DNA of 40,916 bases, taken from the IMG/VR virus record IMGVR_UViG_3300033150_003027, positions 1-40,916 of that record; one strand, written 5' to 3'. Below, piece after piece: positions 17,753 to 26,607 of this stretch (the stretch's first letter is position 1; every line of letters begins with the position of its first letter). The translations under genes were made by a program, and so were the position numbers. The notes beneath the pieces were generated by a model. That model saw only the letters and a list, made by a program, of their open reading frames with translations, was not told the origin of the DNA and searched no databases. The stretch comes from a virus. Taxonomy: Duplodnaviria; Caudoviricetes.

Positions 17753-19249
17753 CTATTCCTCCGACGCGCCTGTCTCTTGATTCTCAGAGCCTTCCACCCA
17801 GCCTTCACCATCCTCAATTCTCTTCCGCCACAACATCGTTTTGGCAACACGTCGGCGCTCATCGTCATCAGCATCCGGATCTGCCCAGGGCAACATGCTC
17901 GGTATAAACTCACGCAGAAACTCCGCCGCAGCATCCAGAGAAACCAATCCCATCTCAATACCAGTGCTCAGACCCTGTATCAGTGTGTTAATGGTCTCCG
18001 CAACTTCCTTGTCGTTCTTGGGCGACAGTTCATCCCACCCGATGTCTACCCGGTAGGTGTCGAGGATTCGGTTGTTGACTTTAGACCACATGGCGAGGTA
18101 CATCGAAGCAAGTTCGCCATGTGGCTCCTCGAAGAGGCCCCTCTTGCGGCGGATCTTTCGGGCCAAAGGAACCATCTGCTCAGACACCGAAGCCTTCGAG
18201 CTCTGCACGGCGGTCCCAAAAGCAAACTCGGGCGTCTGACTCACATCTACGATGCAAAAGAAAATGAACTTAAGAAGCGTTGTGATTCCCTGTAAGCCCG
18301 AGTCGGCACTGATAAACTCCGCATCATCTTCATCCTGAAGGAGAAAGATTTCCTTGTCCGCAAATTTAAGCTTGCCAGCCTGAATTTCCTCGGGACTAAA
18401 ATTATCCTCGAGGAATTTTTTTACATTGTTTAATCTGAATTTAACTTTGGGTCTGGAAAAATATTTCGAACCCTGGACCGCGAACAGCATCGTATCGTGG
18501 TAGGCTTTCATGAACGGCTCCACTGGTTCAAGGTCGGAAGCACCGTAAAGTTGGGTCTCTTCAGCCTCATTTTTGAAGTGAACTACCGGTATGAAGCCCC
18601 AAGGATTCTCTTCCGTACGATTCTGACTCCTGGCTTCTGCTGGTGCACGGCCGTCAACCGTGATGGTCCGCAACTTATCTGTCAAGACTTCAGTTAGTGT
18701 GTACTCTGCTGTCGTCCGTCCCTGTTCATCGGTCACCGTAACAGGATAGCGAATAACAATTTGCTGCCAGGCCCCGGTCAATGGATCTGGCACCGGTGTA
18801 ACCCATTCGGGTGGTATCAGTTGCAGGCTGAATTCTTCTCGTTTCTTCGGATCAAATCTTGAGGGAACCCGGATGATTCGGGCAAAAACATCTCCGTCTC
18901 GAATGGCATTTCGGTTGATACGCAGGATCTTCCCCGTCCATCGCTCCATGTCGCTCTCCAACGCATTGTCGGCTTCCGGGTCCGGATGGCTAAAATGGGG
19001 CGCACCCATGAAGCCGGCTGCGGTGTCGACGATGGGTCGGGCAAAACCTGCACCGAGTTTGTACTTGTCATTGATATTTCGGTACAACTCCCTGGCCAAC
19101 TGGTAATTCACCCGCGACGAATCAAGGTGATACGGTGCCATATACTGAAAGCCCCAGCCAGCCGGCCAAGCGTTCCGGAGGACAGAAATCTCCCCAACGG
19201 CTCGCACGATTCGCCGTATTAAGTTCGGCTTTTTCCGCAAATTAGACAT
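17753..19249 (-). CDS. Portal protein (SPP1 gp6-like)
   Basis: 498 aa after terL; NPWGFIPVVHFKN, YGASDL motifs. Confidence 0.9.
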   Translation of the reverse strand: MSNLRKKPNLIRRIVRAVGEISVLRNAWPAGWGFQYMAPYHLDSSRVNYQLARELYRNINDKYKLGAGFARPIVDTAAGFMGAPHFSHPDPEADNALESDMERWTGKILRINRNAIRDGDVFARIIRVPSRFDPKKREEFSLQLIPPEWVTPVPDPLTGAWQQIVIRYPVTVTDEQGRTTAEYTLTEVLTDKLRTITVDGRAPAEARSQNRTEENPWGFIPVVHFKNEAEETQLYGASDLEPVEPFMKAYHDTMLFAVQGSKYFSRPKVKFRLNNVKKFLEDNFSPEEIQAGKLKFADKEIFLLQDEDDAEFISADSGLQGITTLLKFIFFCIVDVSQTPEFAFGTAVQSSKASVSEQMVPLARKIRRKRGLFEEPHGELASMYLAMWSKVNNRILDTYRVDIGWDELSPKNDKEVAETINTLIQGLSTGIEMGLVSLDAAAEFLREFIPSMLPWADPDADDDERRRVAKTMLWRKRIEDGEGWVEGSENQETGASEE

Positions 19250-20747
19250 AGAACTTGGCCTCCTGGAACATCTTGCGAGTTTTTTCGTCGAGAGGTTTGG
19301 GTTCAGAACCCAAACGCAATAATGCCTGTGTCATCGCATCAACTTGATCATCATGCGGCCCGTTCGGGAACGCCGCACATTCCTCTATGAAATCGTGAAT
19401 CCACGGCGCAATGCTGGGATCTGGAAGGTATACGTCACCGGCCTCGATGTCGGGACTAACAGCCTGGGCGCGAGCAACCTTGCCGCCTTCAGGGTTGACA
19501 GCAATCAGTCCGGGTATCTCTTTCCTCAACATTTGGATAACAGCTGGACCGTTCGCTTTATCTTCAACCAGCTTTGCTCGCGCCTGCGGCCATTTAGCCG
19601 AGAGAGAACGAATAGCATTCATGGTAGCAATTATATCCATTCTGTCTCGCGTCTGGTCCAACAGATATTTATCTGCTCCGACTCTGCCCCAAACCTGGCC
19701 AACAACAAAGTCTGAAGTTTTTAAATCCTTGAATGTGCAATCCCATGATTGAATAACTTCATCGAATTTGGAAGGCGCCTCCTGGTAGAACTTCCACCAG
19801 GTACGCTTCAGAATTCCGCCTTTACTAGGCGAAGGATGCTGCTGATAAAGCGCATTCCAAAGATAACTGCCCAAAGTTGTTTTGATTGTGCAAAGTTCTT
19901 GAGCTGAGTATCTCTCGGGCCAGAGTATTTCTCCAGGCTTCCGGCCTAGCGGATCTGGCAACTCAATCTTGCCTTTTACTAGAATTATTCTACTTTCTGC
20001 AACTGCCGGAAGGCAGACTATCTCCCATTCTTCGCCACCTTTGAGCATCTCTTCTAGCAACCTACCAGCAAGATCATCTAAGTGCCAACGCGTCATTACG
20101 AGAACAATCGCACCGCCAGGAGCCAGTCTTGTGCGGAAAGTAGATTTGTACCATTCCCAAACTTTATCCCTGATAACCTGGCTCTGCGCTTCTTCCCAGT
20201 TCTTGAACGGGTCGTCAATGATAGCGACGTGAGCACCGCGACCAGTTATCGGGCCACCAACACCGGCTGCAACCAAACCACCACGATGCCCTTTGATACC
20301 CCATCGCCCGACAGCACTGCTGTCGTCAGCGAGCTCCACATCCCATAATCGGGGTCCCCATTCGCGGAGAGTGTTCCTCGCAATCCGGGAAAAGTCATAA
20401 GCCAGATCTGCAGAGTAGGAACTGATGATGATGTCGTTATCTGGATTGCGACCTAGATACCATGCAGGAAATTTTTTTGAAACAACGTGGCTTTTTCCGT
20501 GCCTCGGCGGCATAAAAACCATTAGTCGCAGAATTTCGCCGCGCTCAACAGCTTCTAGTTTTGAGCAAAGCAATTCCAGATGAGGAGCCGATTGCCACGC
20601 TCCTCGCCCGTCATACTCGATGAACCAGGCGAGGTTATTCCTGGCATCCTCCTCCCAAATCGAAACCAACAGCTCTTCGGAAAAGGCTTCGGGCTTGCTC
20701 CCTGGCGTCTGGGTCGGTGACGATTTTTTGGATAATGTCGTATTCAT
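19242..20747 (-). CDS. terL: Terminase large subunit
   Basis: Walker A PPRHGKS, Walker B AIIDDP, MTRWH, nuclease SWD and HDDQVDA. Confidence 0.96.
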   Translation of the reverse strand: MNTTLSKKSSPTQTPGSKPEAFSEELLVSIWEEDARNNLAWFIEYDGRGAWQSAPHLELLCSKLEAVERGEILRLMVFMPPRHGKSHVVSKKFPAWYLGRNPDNDIIISSYSADLAYDFSRIARNTLREWGPRLWDVELADDSSAVGRWGIKGHRGGLVAAGVGGPITGRGAHVAIIDDPFKNWEEAQSQVIRDKVWEWYKSTFRTRLAPGGAIVLVMTRWHLDDLAGRLLEEMLKGGEEWEIVCLPAVAESRIILVKGKIELPDPLGRKPGEILWPERYSAQELCTIKTTLGSYLWNALYQQHPSPSKGGILKRTWWKFYQEAPSKFDEVIQSWDCTFKDLKTSDFVVGQVWGRVGADKYLLDQTRDRMDIIATMNAIRSLSAKWPQARAKLVEDKANGPAVIQMLRKEIPGLIAVNPEGGKVARAQAVSPDIEAGDVYLPDPSIAPWIHDFIEECAAFPNGPHDDQVDAMTQALLRLGSEPKPLDEKTRKMFQEAKFYV

Positions 20748-21156
20748 ATCGCTGCGTCACCTGCCCCTCCTGCTTGTTAATTGCAGTGGGTTGGTTTGTT
20801 GCCAGAGCAATCTTGTCATAAAGAGTTCCAATATACGTACTAATATCAGTTAAGCGAATATTTTTTGTGTCAGAAAGCATTAAATCATCAAGTTTTCTAT
20901 TGCCGACCTTAATGCCTTTTAGAATCGATTGCCAGGCTTCTTCAATGAATCTTTTTTTGGCATCTAACCTAGCCTGAACAATTTCTTCGGAAGGTTTTGC
21001 TGCAATCCACCCTCGTAATGTCGAAATCGGCACACCCGTCTCCCTAGACGTCTTACTAAGGTTTCCGGTCGTGGCGTAGATAGCCAAGGCCTTCTCACGA
21101 TCTAGGTCGGTGTACTTCTTGCGTCGCTGTTTAGGCTTTTTGCTCTTCGTAGCCAC
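20635..21156 (-). CDS. terS: Terminase small subunit (N-terminal HTH)
   Basis: GNLSKTSRETGVPISTLRGW HTH; immediately upstream of and overlapping terL; GTG 21156 has SD GAGGTG. Confidence 0.8.
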   Translation of the reverse strand: MATKSKKPKQRRKKYTDLDREKALAIYATTGNLSKTSRETGVPISTLRGWIAAKPSEEIVQARLDAKKRFIEEAWQSILKGIKVGNRKLDDLMLSDTKNIRLTDISTYIGTLYDKIALATNQPTAINKQEGQVTQRYEYDIIQKIVTDPDAREQARSLFRRAVGFDLGGGCQE

Positions 21157-21247
21157 GACTGTCACCTCTCTCAATCAACAACCAGATGATCGATGCAGGA
21201 GTCATATCAAGAATTGTGGAATTTTGACTAACGCAAGGGGTGATGAA

Positions 21248-21460
21248 ATGAGGCGTTACTACTGGCCTTTCAACGGCAAACGGTACATCGGTAATACCAA
21301 CACCATGGAAGTCCATGACCTAGACAACGAAAAACCAGAATGTCAAATAGACGAAATCAAGTCGGACCACGTAAGAACCTTCTCACCGGACACATTAGAA
21401 GAAGCTCATAGGCAAGGATTTGACAACTGCGCCTGGTGCATAGGTAGATCCCGACATTGA
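21248..21460 (+). CDS. Small antisense moron, putative Zn-binding protein (70 aa, Ada-like metal-binding pattern)
   Basis: SD AAGGGGTG; YIGN.NT.EVH...C...EEAHRQGFDNCAWC. Confidence 0.75.
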   Translation: MRRYYWPFNGKRYIGNTNTMEVHDLDNEKPECQIDEIKSDHVRTFSPDTLEEAHRQGFDNCAWCIGRSRH

Positions 21461-21877
21461 TCGCTCCCCACAAGTGGCAGAGCCTACCTGCCACTTGTCT
21501 ATTTCCAAGATCAAAGACTCAATGGCCATCTCTTTGTAATGCCGGATGCGTTCCTCTTCTGAACAAGTGACTTCTCGATTCCTGGGGTGTACTTGGACTC
21601 TAAGTATCCAGTCTACTAGGTACTCGCCATCCGGGCTTAAACGGTGCCACTGATATACTTCGACGTTTGCATAGTCTAAGTGATAATTAACAGCAAGAAT
21701 ACAAGGCAGCAGACTGTGCCAAGCCTCATCATCTATAACATTGAAAACTATCTCTGCAACGGGGTTGGTACCGTGTCCTATGCAAGAACCAGTCGTCACA
21801 ATGCAGCTGGTTTCGTTTAAGACCCTAACCAGGTCTCGGATCTCAGGGTCAATGTATTCGTAGGGTATTGTCCTCAC
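21395..21877 (-). CDS. Hypothetical protein with TYW3-like N-terminal motif
   Basis: IDPEIRDLVRVLN...TTGSCIGH resembles the TYW3/Taw3 D..I..L...IN...TTSSCSGR motif. Confidence 0.6.
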   Translation of the reverse strand: MRTIPYEYIDPEIRDLVRVLNETSCIVTTGSCIGHGTNPVAEIVFNVIDDEAWHSLLPCILAVNYHLDYANVEVYQWHRLSPDGEYLVDWILRVQVHPRNREVTCSEEERIRHYKEMAIESLILEIDKWQVGSATCGERSMSGSTYAPGAVVKSLPMSFF

Positions 21878-21981
21878 ATAGCACCACTCTTGAAACCAGT
21901 ATTCTCAGTCATATTTATAGTATTCGGCGCCCCGACCAACCAGCCAAGCTACCACCCCGGTTGAACATTCTCGCCACTATC

Positions 21982-22025
21982 ACAATACCACGATTTTCGA
22001 ATGCAATCTTTTCAAAATCTTTTCA
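21982..22025 (-). promoter_or_regulatory. Putative late promoter with activator-binding direct repeat
   Basis: Extended -10 TGGTATTGT (21982-21990); perfect 10-bp repeat AATCTTTTCA at 22005 and 22016 (11-bp period) over the -35 region, just downstream of the activator gene. Confidence 0.72.
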
Positions 22026-22029
22026 TTGA

Positions 22030-22494
22030 TTACCCAGTTAAACGACGCTTTTTTTGAGATTTGCATAATTCTCTACCCCAAAACCACCATGGACGGTACA
22101 GAAACATTCTCCTAACGATACTCCAAAGGATGTCCTGGCGAATTCTCCACAGCGTACTTATGCTCATACCAAGGCGATCTGCAACCTCGTACTGTCGCAG
22201 GCGCTGCCAATAATAAAGGCGGATAACCTCTTGATACTCCGGGGATAAAACAGCGAACACATCTTCTATGCTCCGGCAAATCCACTCCATACGTGCAAGG
22301 TCTCGTGAACACAACCGCGTTACCTTCGCAAAGGTCGGGTCAGGCATATTGGAAGAACGAACTACAGCTTTCGGACCTGTCGACAAGAGAATCTCCTCAC
22401 GGCGCTCCCGCACGGCGATTTTGGTTAACGGATACTCTCTCAGTTCATCCTCTATTACAGCTTTGAGCCATGCTGGAAGTCTCTTCTTCGCCAT
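22030..22494 (-). CDS. Late gene transcriptional activator (RinA/ArpU, sigma-70 region 4-like)
   Basis: IEDELREYP, DPT, LSPEYQEVIRLYYW...EVADRLGMSISTLWRIR; upstream of the packaging genes; ATG 22494 has SD GGAGGG. Confidence 0.88.
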   Translation of the reverse strand: MAKKRLPAWLKAVIEDELREYPLTKIAVRERREEILLSTGPKAVVRSSNMPDPTFAKVTRLCSRDLARMEWICRSIEDVFAVLSPEYQEVIRLYYWQRLRQYEVADRLGMSISTLWRIRQDILWSIVRRMFLYRPWWFWGRELCKSQKKRRLTG

Positions 22495-22516
22495 TCCATC
22501 CCCTCCTAGAAACGTG

Positions 22517-22546
22517 AAAAGCCGGCCAGGATTCACCCCGACCGGC
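22517..22546 (-). terminator. Intrinsic terminator immediately upstream of the late activator SD
   Basis: GCCGGTCGGGG-TGAA-TCCTGGCCGGC 11-bp stem (three G-U pairs) followed by TTTTCACGTTT on the - strand. Confidence 0.75.
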
Positions 22547-22587
22547 CTCGCGTTTTTGCGTAGCCGTTCTTTACCGCTGATTCACAG

Positions 22588-23184
22588 CTAGCTGAGAACA
22601 GCCGCCCTGATGATTGGAGCGACTTTTTCCCATAACACAACTAAGTTCGATGCAGTGCTGATGATCTTCCTTATGGCCTCAAGAGCACTCTTACAAACTG
22701 ACTTCCACCTGTTCTCCTTTGGAATTGTCAGCTGGCTCGCCAGACACGACAGATACTCTATCACCTCATTCTTGGTCTTGGAATCCAGAGAAGGCTCGTT
22801 CAAAACCGTCTGGGTAAATGTCTTAAGGGCCGCAACCAGTTCTTGCTGCTGAGTCCCCGCAAGGAAGTCTATGGCCGCGTCTATCATTCCCACATTACCT
22901 GTGTTGATCATGCCAACGCTGCCTTGATTCACGTTGATGTTGTGGGTCACGCATTGTCCCTGATACACGATCGGCTGCGGGATCTCATATCGCGGACCGA
23001 GCCCGGGTGTACCCATAATAGCATTCGCCGTGTCTACCAGGTAGTTAGCCTCCTGAGCAAGCTGATTGTTGGCAAGCGTGATTGCCTGCACAAGTTTCAA
23101 GTAGCAGTCTATGCAAAGCGGTCTGTTATCCGGACCCGTCGTGAAATATGCCGGTCTACCACATTGGCAACACTTCAGTTCCAC
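22588..23184 (-). CDS. Hypothetical accessory protein with N-terminal C4 zinc finger and helical C-terminal domain
   Basis: CCQC...LCIDC; NINVNQGSVGMINTG linker; GTG start abuts the upstream stop. Confidence 0.75.
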   Translation of the reverse strand: MELKCCQCGRPAYFTTGPDNRPLCIDCYLKLVQAITLANNQLAQEANYLVDTANAIMGTPGLGPRYEIPQPIVYQGQCVTHNINVNQGSVGMINTGNVGMIDAAIDFLAGTQQQELVAALKTFTQTVLNEPSLDSKTKNEVIEYLSCLASQLTIPKENRWKSVCKSALEAIRKIISTASNLVVLWEKVAPIIRAAVLS

Positions 23185-23376
23185 TTATCCCACCCTCTCC
23201 CTCTTAATAACATCGACCCAAATGGGCTTGCCACCCTGAACCTTGATGTTTATTTCACCGTAGTTGACATCATCGAGGTTTTCCGCGACATTGAGCAGAG
23301 TCGGTATGATTTCGGGCTTTCGTGATATTATTCGAACTAGTTTTGTCATATCCTGTTTGTATCTTGGGTCGATCAT
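23185..23376 (-). CDS. Small DUF2292/YezD (XtrA-like) protein, 63 aa
   Basis: YGEINIKVQGGKPIWVDVIKRER motif; SD AAGGGAG; upstream of the late activator. Confidence 0.7.
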   Translation of the reverse strand: MIDPRYKQDMTKLVRIISRKPEIIPTLLNVAENLDDVNYGEINIKVQGGKPIWVDVIKRERVG

Positions 23377-23389
23377 ACTTACTCTCCCT

Positions 23390-23710
23390 TTACCTCGCAT
23401 TGACTACGTTGCTCATCGGCAACGCCACCGGCCATTGCGGAGCACGGTGTTCCTCGGTAATAATGACGTCGGGAGGCTCGAGGATGGTCACTACGGTCCA
23501 ATGCCCCATATCTGGAACCAGCACCGCCTCGTAGCCTCCGTCCAAGAACACGTGAATAGCTCCGCGTTTGTCGGGTTGGACTCCAACCTTTAAAAGCGCA
23601 ACTAGCCGCCTCTTTAGTTCGGCAATCCTTTTTCTTGTCAACAACATTCGCTCCGAAGCACGTCGCTTCGCGTGATCCGATATAAGCACTCTAATTCCTC
23701 GTCGCCTCAC
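23390..23710 (-). CDS. Hypothetical protein with DUF4258/BECR-fold-like motif
   Basis: ISDHAKRRASER...WTVVTIL; GTGA overlap with the VRR-NUC stop. Confidence 0.6.
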   Translation of the reverse strand: MRRRGIRVLISDHAKRRASERMLLTRKRIAELKRRLVALLKVGVQPDKRGAIHVFLDGGYEAVLVPDMGHWTVVTILEPPDVIITEEHRAPQWPVALPMSNVVNAR

Positions 23711-24072
23711 ACGACATCCCTCACCAGGTGTTCCACGTCCTCGACACTCCGGGCCACAATCCACCAGCCGCCGTGATCTTCGAGATCTTGGAGGAATTTT
23801 TCCTGATCTGGGCCTAACCGCCCGCGAGGAGTCTTTACCTCAATCCAGACTACCTTACCTCCCCGAATTGCCGTAAGATCCGTAACCCCGGGATAGGAGC
23901 CGAGGGTTTGGTGATTTCTGATAACCATCCAGCCATGCAGTCTGAGAAAATCCCGAATTTGGTTCATAATATCTTTCTCAGTGACCTTGGACTTGTTCCC
24001 AGCCGCCGGCCGACGCTGCAGTGCTTTGAACTCGTCAACCGTGATATACTCGGTCTTATCTCGTGAAATCAT
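23707..24072 (-). CDS. VRR-NUC domain nuclease (putative Holliday junction resolvase)
   Basis: TEKDI, GVTDL, WIEVKTPRGRL..DQ, VARSVEDV. Confidence 0.92.
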   Translation of the reverse strand: MISRDKTEYITVDEFKALQRRPAAGNKSKVTEKDIMNQIRDFLRLHGWMVIRNHQTLGSYPGVTDLTAIRGGKVVWIEVKTPRGRLGPDQEKFLQDLEDHGGWWIVARSVEDVEHLVRDVV

Positions 24073-24361
24073 AGCCGAGCACCTCCTGCATGCGATCTAC
24101 GAGGACTTTGCCGGTCTGAATATCGACTTTGAGGATCGACTCGAAGTCCGTCGGTTGCTTTGGGCCGCATGAAATTCCAAGAACTGTCTTTTTTGATTGC
24201 AGAAACCTTACTATATCGTCGACAGGATGATTGTACTTTTTGGCCAACTCCGATACGGAAAGACCTCGTTGATATTCTGCCATAATCTGCCATCTTTCAT
24301 CGACGTGCCAAGAACGCCACGGTCGCGAATTTATGTTCTTAGCCAGAATCGCCATCCTCAC
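24056..24361 (-). CDS. Hypothetical HTH-containing protein
   Basis: YQRGLSVSELAKKYN; coupled with neighbours. Confidence 0.65.
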   Translation of the reverse strand: MRMAILAKNINSRPWRSWHVDERWQIMAEYQRGLSVSELAKKYNHPVDDIVRFLQSKKTVLGISCGPKQPTDFESILKVDIQTGKVLVDRMQEVLGYDFTR

Positions 24362-24957
24362 ACCGCCTCCTTTTTTGAAGTTGCGAAGAGTTGCGGTTGC
24401 TCTGCCGGCGGCCGGCGATAAAGCCTGTTTTTGACCACGTGGCCGTTGGGATATCGATAACTAAACTCCAGGAACTCCGAAGTAACTGCAGTTATCTCCG
24501 CATGGGGATCGAACATCAGAGCGTCAAAAATACTATGGGTTCGCCAGCCGTGAACCTCGAACTCTTTTTCGGCCCAAATTTCCTGGTGGGTCCAGCCCAA
24601 AGATTTAGCCTTGGGTTCGATAGCTTTGATGCGAGAAATGACGTCCTCGCGGGTAGTGAGTTTATTAGTGTTAACCCGGGAAGCACGAACAAGAAGACTC
24701 TTAATTGCATTGACGTTAGGACGAAGATACTTGACCTTGTATTCGTTGTATCGTTCAGGCTCCCATTCACCGGGGAGAATACGAAGGCCGGTTTTAATAT
24801 CTTTGACTAATCGGGCGCCTCCACAACGCAAGGCGTGCAATATCCCGAAAAGTTTTTGACTTCGCTCCTTCGCAACAGTCAAGAGCGCTATCCAATACCC
24901 ATGATCTTCGTTGAGATCCGGACGTGGATCTTTTTCGTATTCAGTCATGCTAGACAT
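24358..24957 (-). CDS. Hypothetical phage protein (199 aa)
   Basis: Long ORF with SD AAGGAGG; DPRPDL.ED, LHALRCGGARL. Confidence 0.75.
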   Translation of the reverse strand: MSSMTEYEKDPRPDLNEDHGYWIALLTVAKERSQKLFGILHALRCGGARLVKDIKTGLRILPGEWEPERYNEYKVKYLRPNVNAIKSLLVRASRVNTNKLTTREDVISRIKAIEPKAKSLGWTHQEIWAEKEFEVHGWRTHSIFDALMFDPHAEITAVTSEFLEFSYRYPNGHVVKNRLYRRPPAEQPQLFATSKKEAV

Positions 24958-25076
24958 TGGCCAAAACCTCCTTTTTGACCTTTGCTGACTTTGTGTTTGA
25001 CTTTTGCTGACTTTATGCTTGTATCAATGGTAACTCTTGGCAAAACTTTTCTAGCAGGAATTCTTTGAAAATCGGG

Positions 25077-25257
25077 GTGACACATAGTGACAGTTGGTGA
25101 CACACTGATTTTCGAATGTGTCATCGCCTTACGCTGGTCAAAAGCTGTTTGATGACAAATGTGACACATTTTTACGTAACTTCGCATGCGTAAGGAAATT
25201 AGCTCAAAATTCTCAGAAACAGTGTCACCATATGTCATCCGTCACCGCTCCCGTCAA
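25077..25257. other. Putative phage replication origin (iteron cluster)
   Basis: GTGACA at 25077, 25087, 25097, 25161; ATGACA 25152; inverted TGTCA(C/T)/CGTCA at 25119, 25223, 25233, 25240, 25252; directly downstream of the D5-type helicase gene. Confidence 0.75.
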
Positions 25258-26607
25258 AAAGGCTCATCAATTTCAGAATCATGGTTTCTGGTTGAGCTTT
25301 TTTCAGACAAGTTCAATCCAAGGTCGTTATGCTGGGAGCCAAGCAATCCAATACCCAGCCAGCCTCGTGCATGCTTAGTACGCGTTTGCTCAAACCCCTT
25401 TTCCTTGAGTCTTATGCTGAACATCTTTTTTGAGATCGGCCTTTCGGCATTGTCTTCGCACCATTTCAGGTACTCAGCATAAAGAGCCTTAGTCGTTGTC
25501 TGGGCTGTTTCGGATATGATGCAACATTCAGCGATAAATGAACCTAAAATATCCATTTCTTCTCGGTAAGATTGAGTAGCGTTTATGACTTCAGGCGGAT
25601 CATCGAGACCTCTCTCTTGCCACATACGACACCCTTCAACGGCCCATGCTAAAATGCCGGTGAGTTCTTCCTGCAATTTTAATGGCAGAGCTTTATCTCT
25701 CTCACCTTCAGGAATGGTTACTGTAAATGGAATTAATCTAATCCGCCGCCAAATACCGTAGTCCTGACCGCGGATAGTCGGTTTTGAGTTGGCAACAAGG
25801 AAAATCTTGAATGTGGGTTTGAATTCGAAGTATTCCCGGTAGAGGAACCTTGCCGTAACAGTATCGCCGCCGGTGAGCTGTTTCACAAGAACCTCTGCAA
25901 GTCTGCGACCAGCATCGGCTTCAATGGCTGCAACAAATCTCTTTCCTAGAAGTCTCGCAATATCGTTTCGGACCCGATCTTGATTGGAATGGAGGAATGT
26001 CGAAAAATCAGCCTGTTGTCCGTAATCTCCGAACATAGCTTTGAGGGTTTCGAGGAACGTAGATTTTCCATTTGCACCGGTTCCATATAACATAAACAAG
26101 CACTGTTCTCTGGTGTCGCCGGTGAGTGAGTAACCAACAATTCGCTGCAAATAAGCGATGAGATCCTGGTTACCGTCCATAATGCGGTTCAAGAATGCCA
26201 TCCAACGTGGGCACTGTGCGTCAGGTTGGTATTCAACCGGCATGATTTTCATTATGAGGTCCTCACGACGATGAGGTTGTAATTCAAATGTTCTCAGGTT
26301 TAAGATTCCGTTCTGTACATTGAGAAGCCATGGATCTGCGTCAAATTGTTTAGGTAATACTGGAATGCCGGGTTCAGACTTAGCCAGATTAATCATAGCG
26401 TTGATCCGGGCATCCGACTCAGATTTCATTGCATGCTTGGCTATTTGTGCACGTTCCTTTTCAGACAGTTCCTCATTGGCGGCTTCAGCGTAGATACTCG
26501 CTACTGTTTCCTTAGCTTTCCGATGGACTTCGCCTGACATATCGAAAATCCACCGTGTCCCGTCCCAAACCAACCAGCGATCCCAGGGATGGCAATATCG
26601 AATTTTT
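25254..26607 (-). CDS. C-terminal part of primase-helicase: D5_N + SF3 (P4 alpha/D5-like) helicase; no own start, joined by frameshift
   Basis: WLVWDGTRW, LLNVQNG, Walker A GTGANGKST, KQLTGGD, WRRIRLIPF. Confidence 0.9.

Noticed and set aside
21921-21960. tRNA-like 5' fragment on the - strand (CCGGGGTGG...GTCGGG)
   Set aside because: Faint resemblance to tRNA-fMet but no anticodon arm, T-arm or acceptor pairing; cannot be called a tRNA
24945-25238. 97-aa - strand ORF over the iteron region
   Set aside because: Sequence reflects TGACA repeats (VT, CH, VS dipeptides); better explained as an origin, though translation is not excluded
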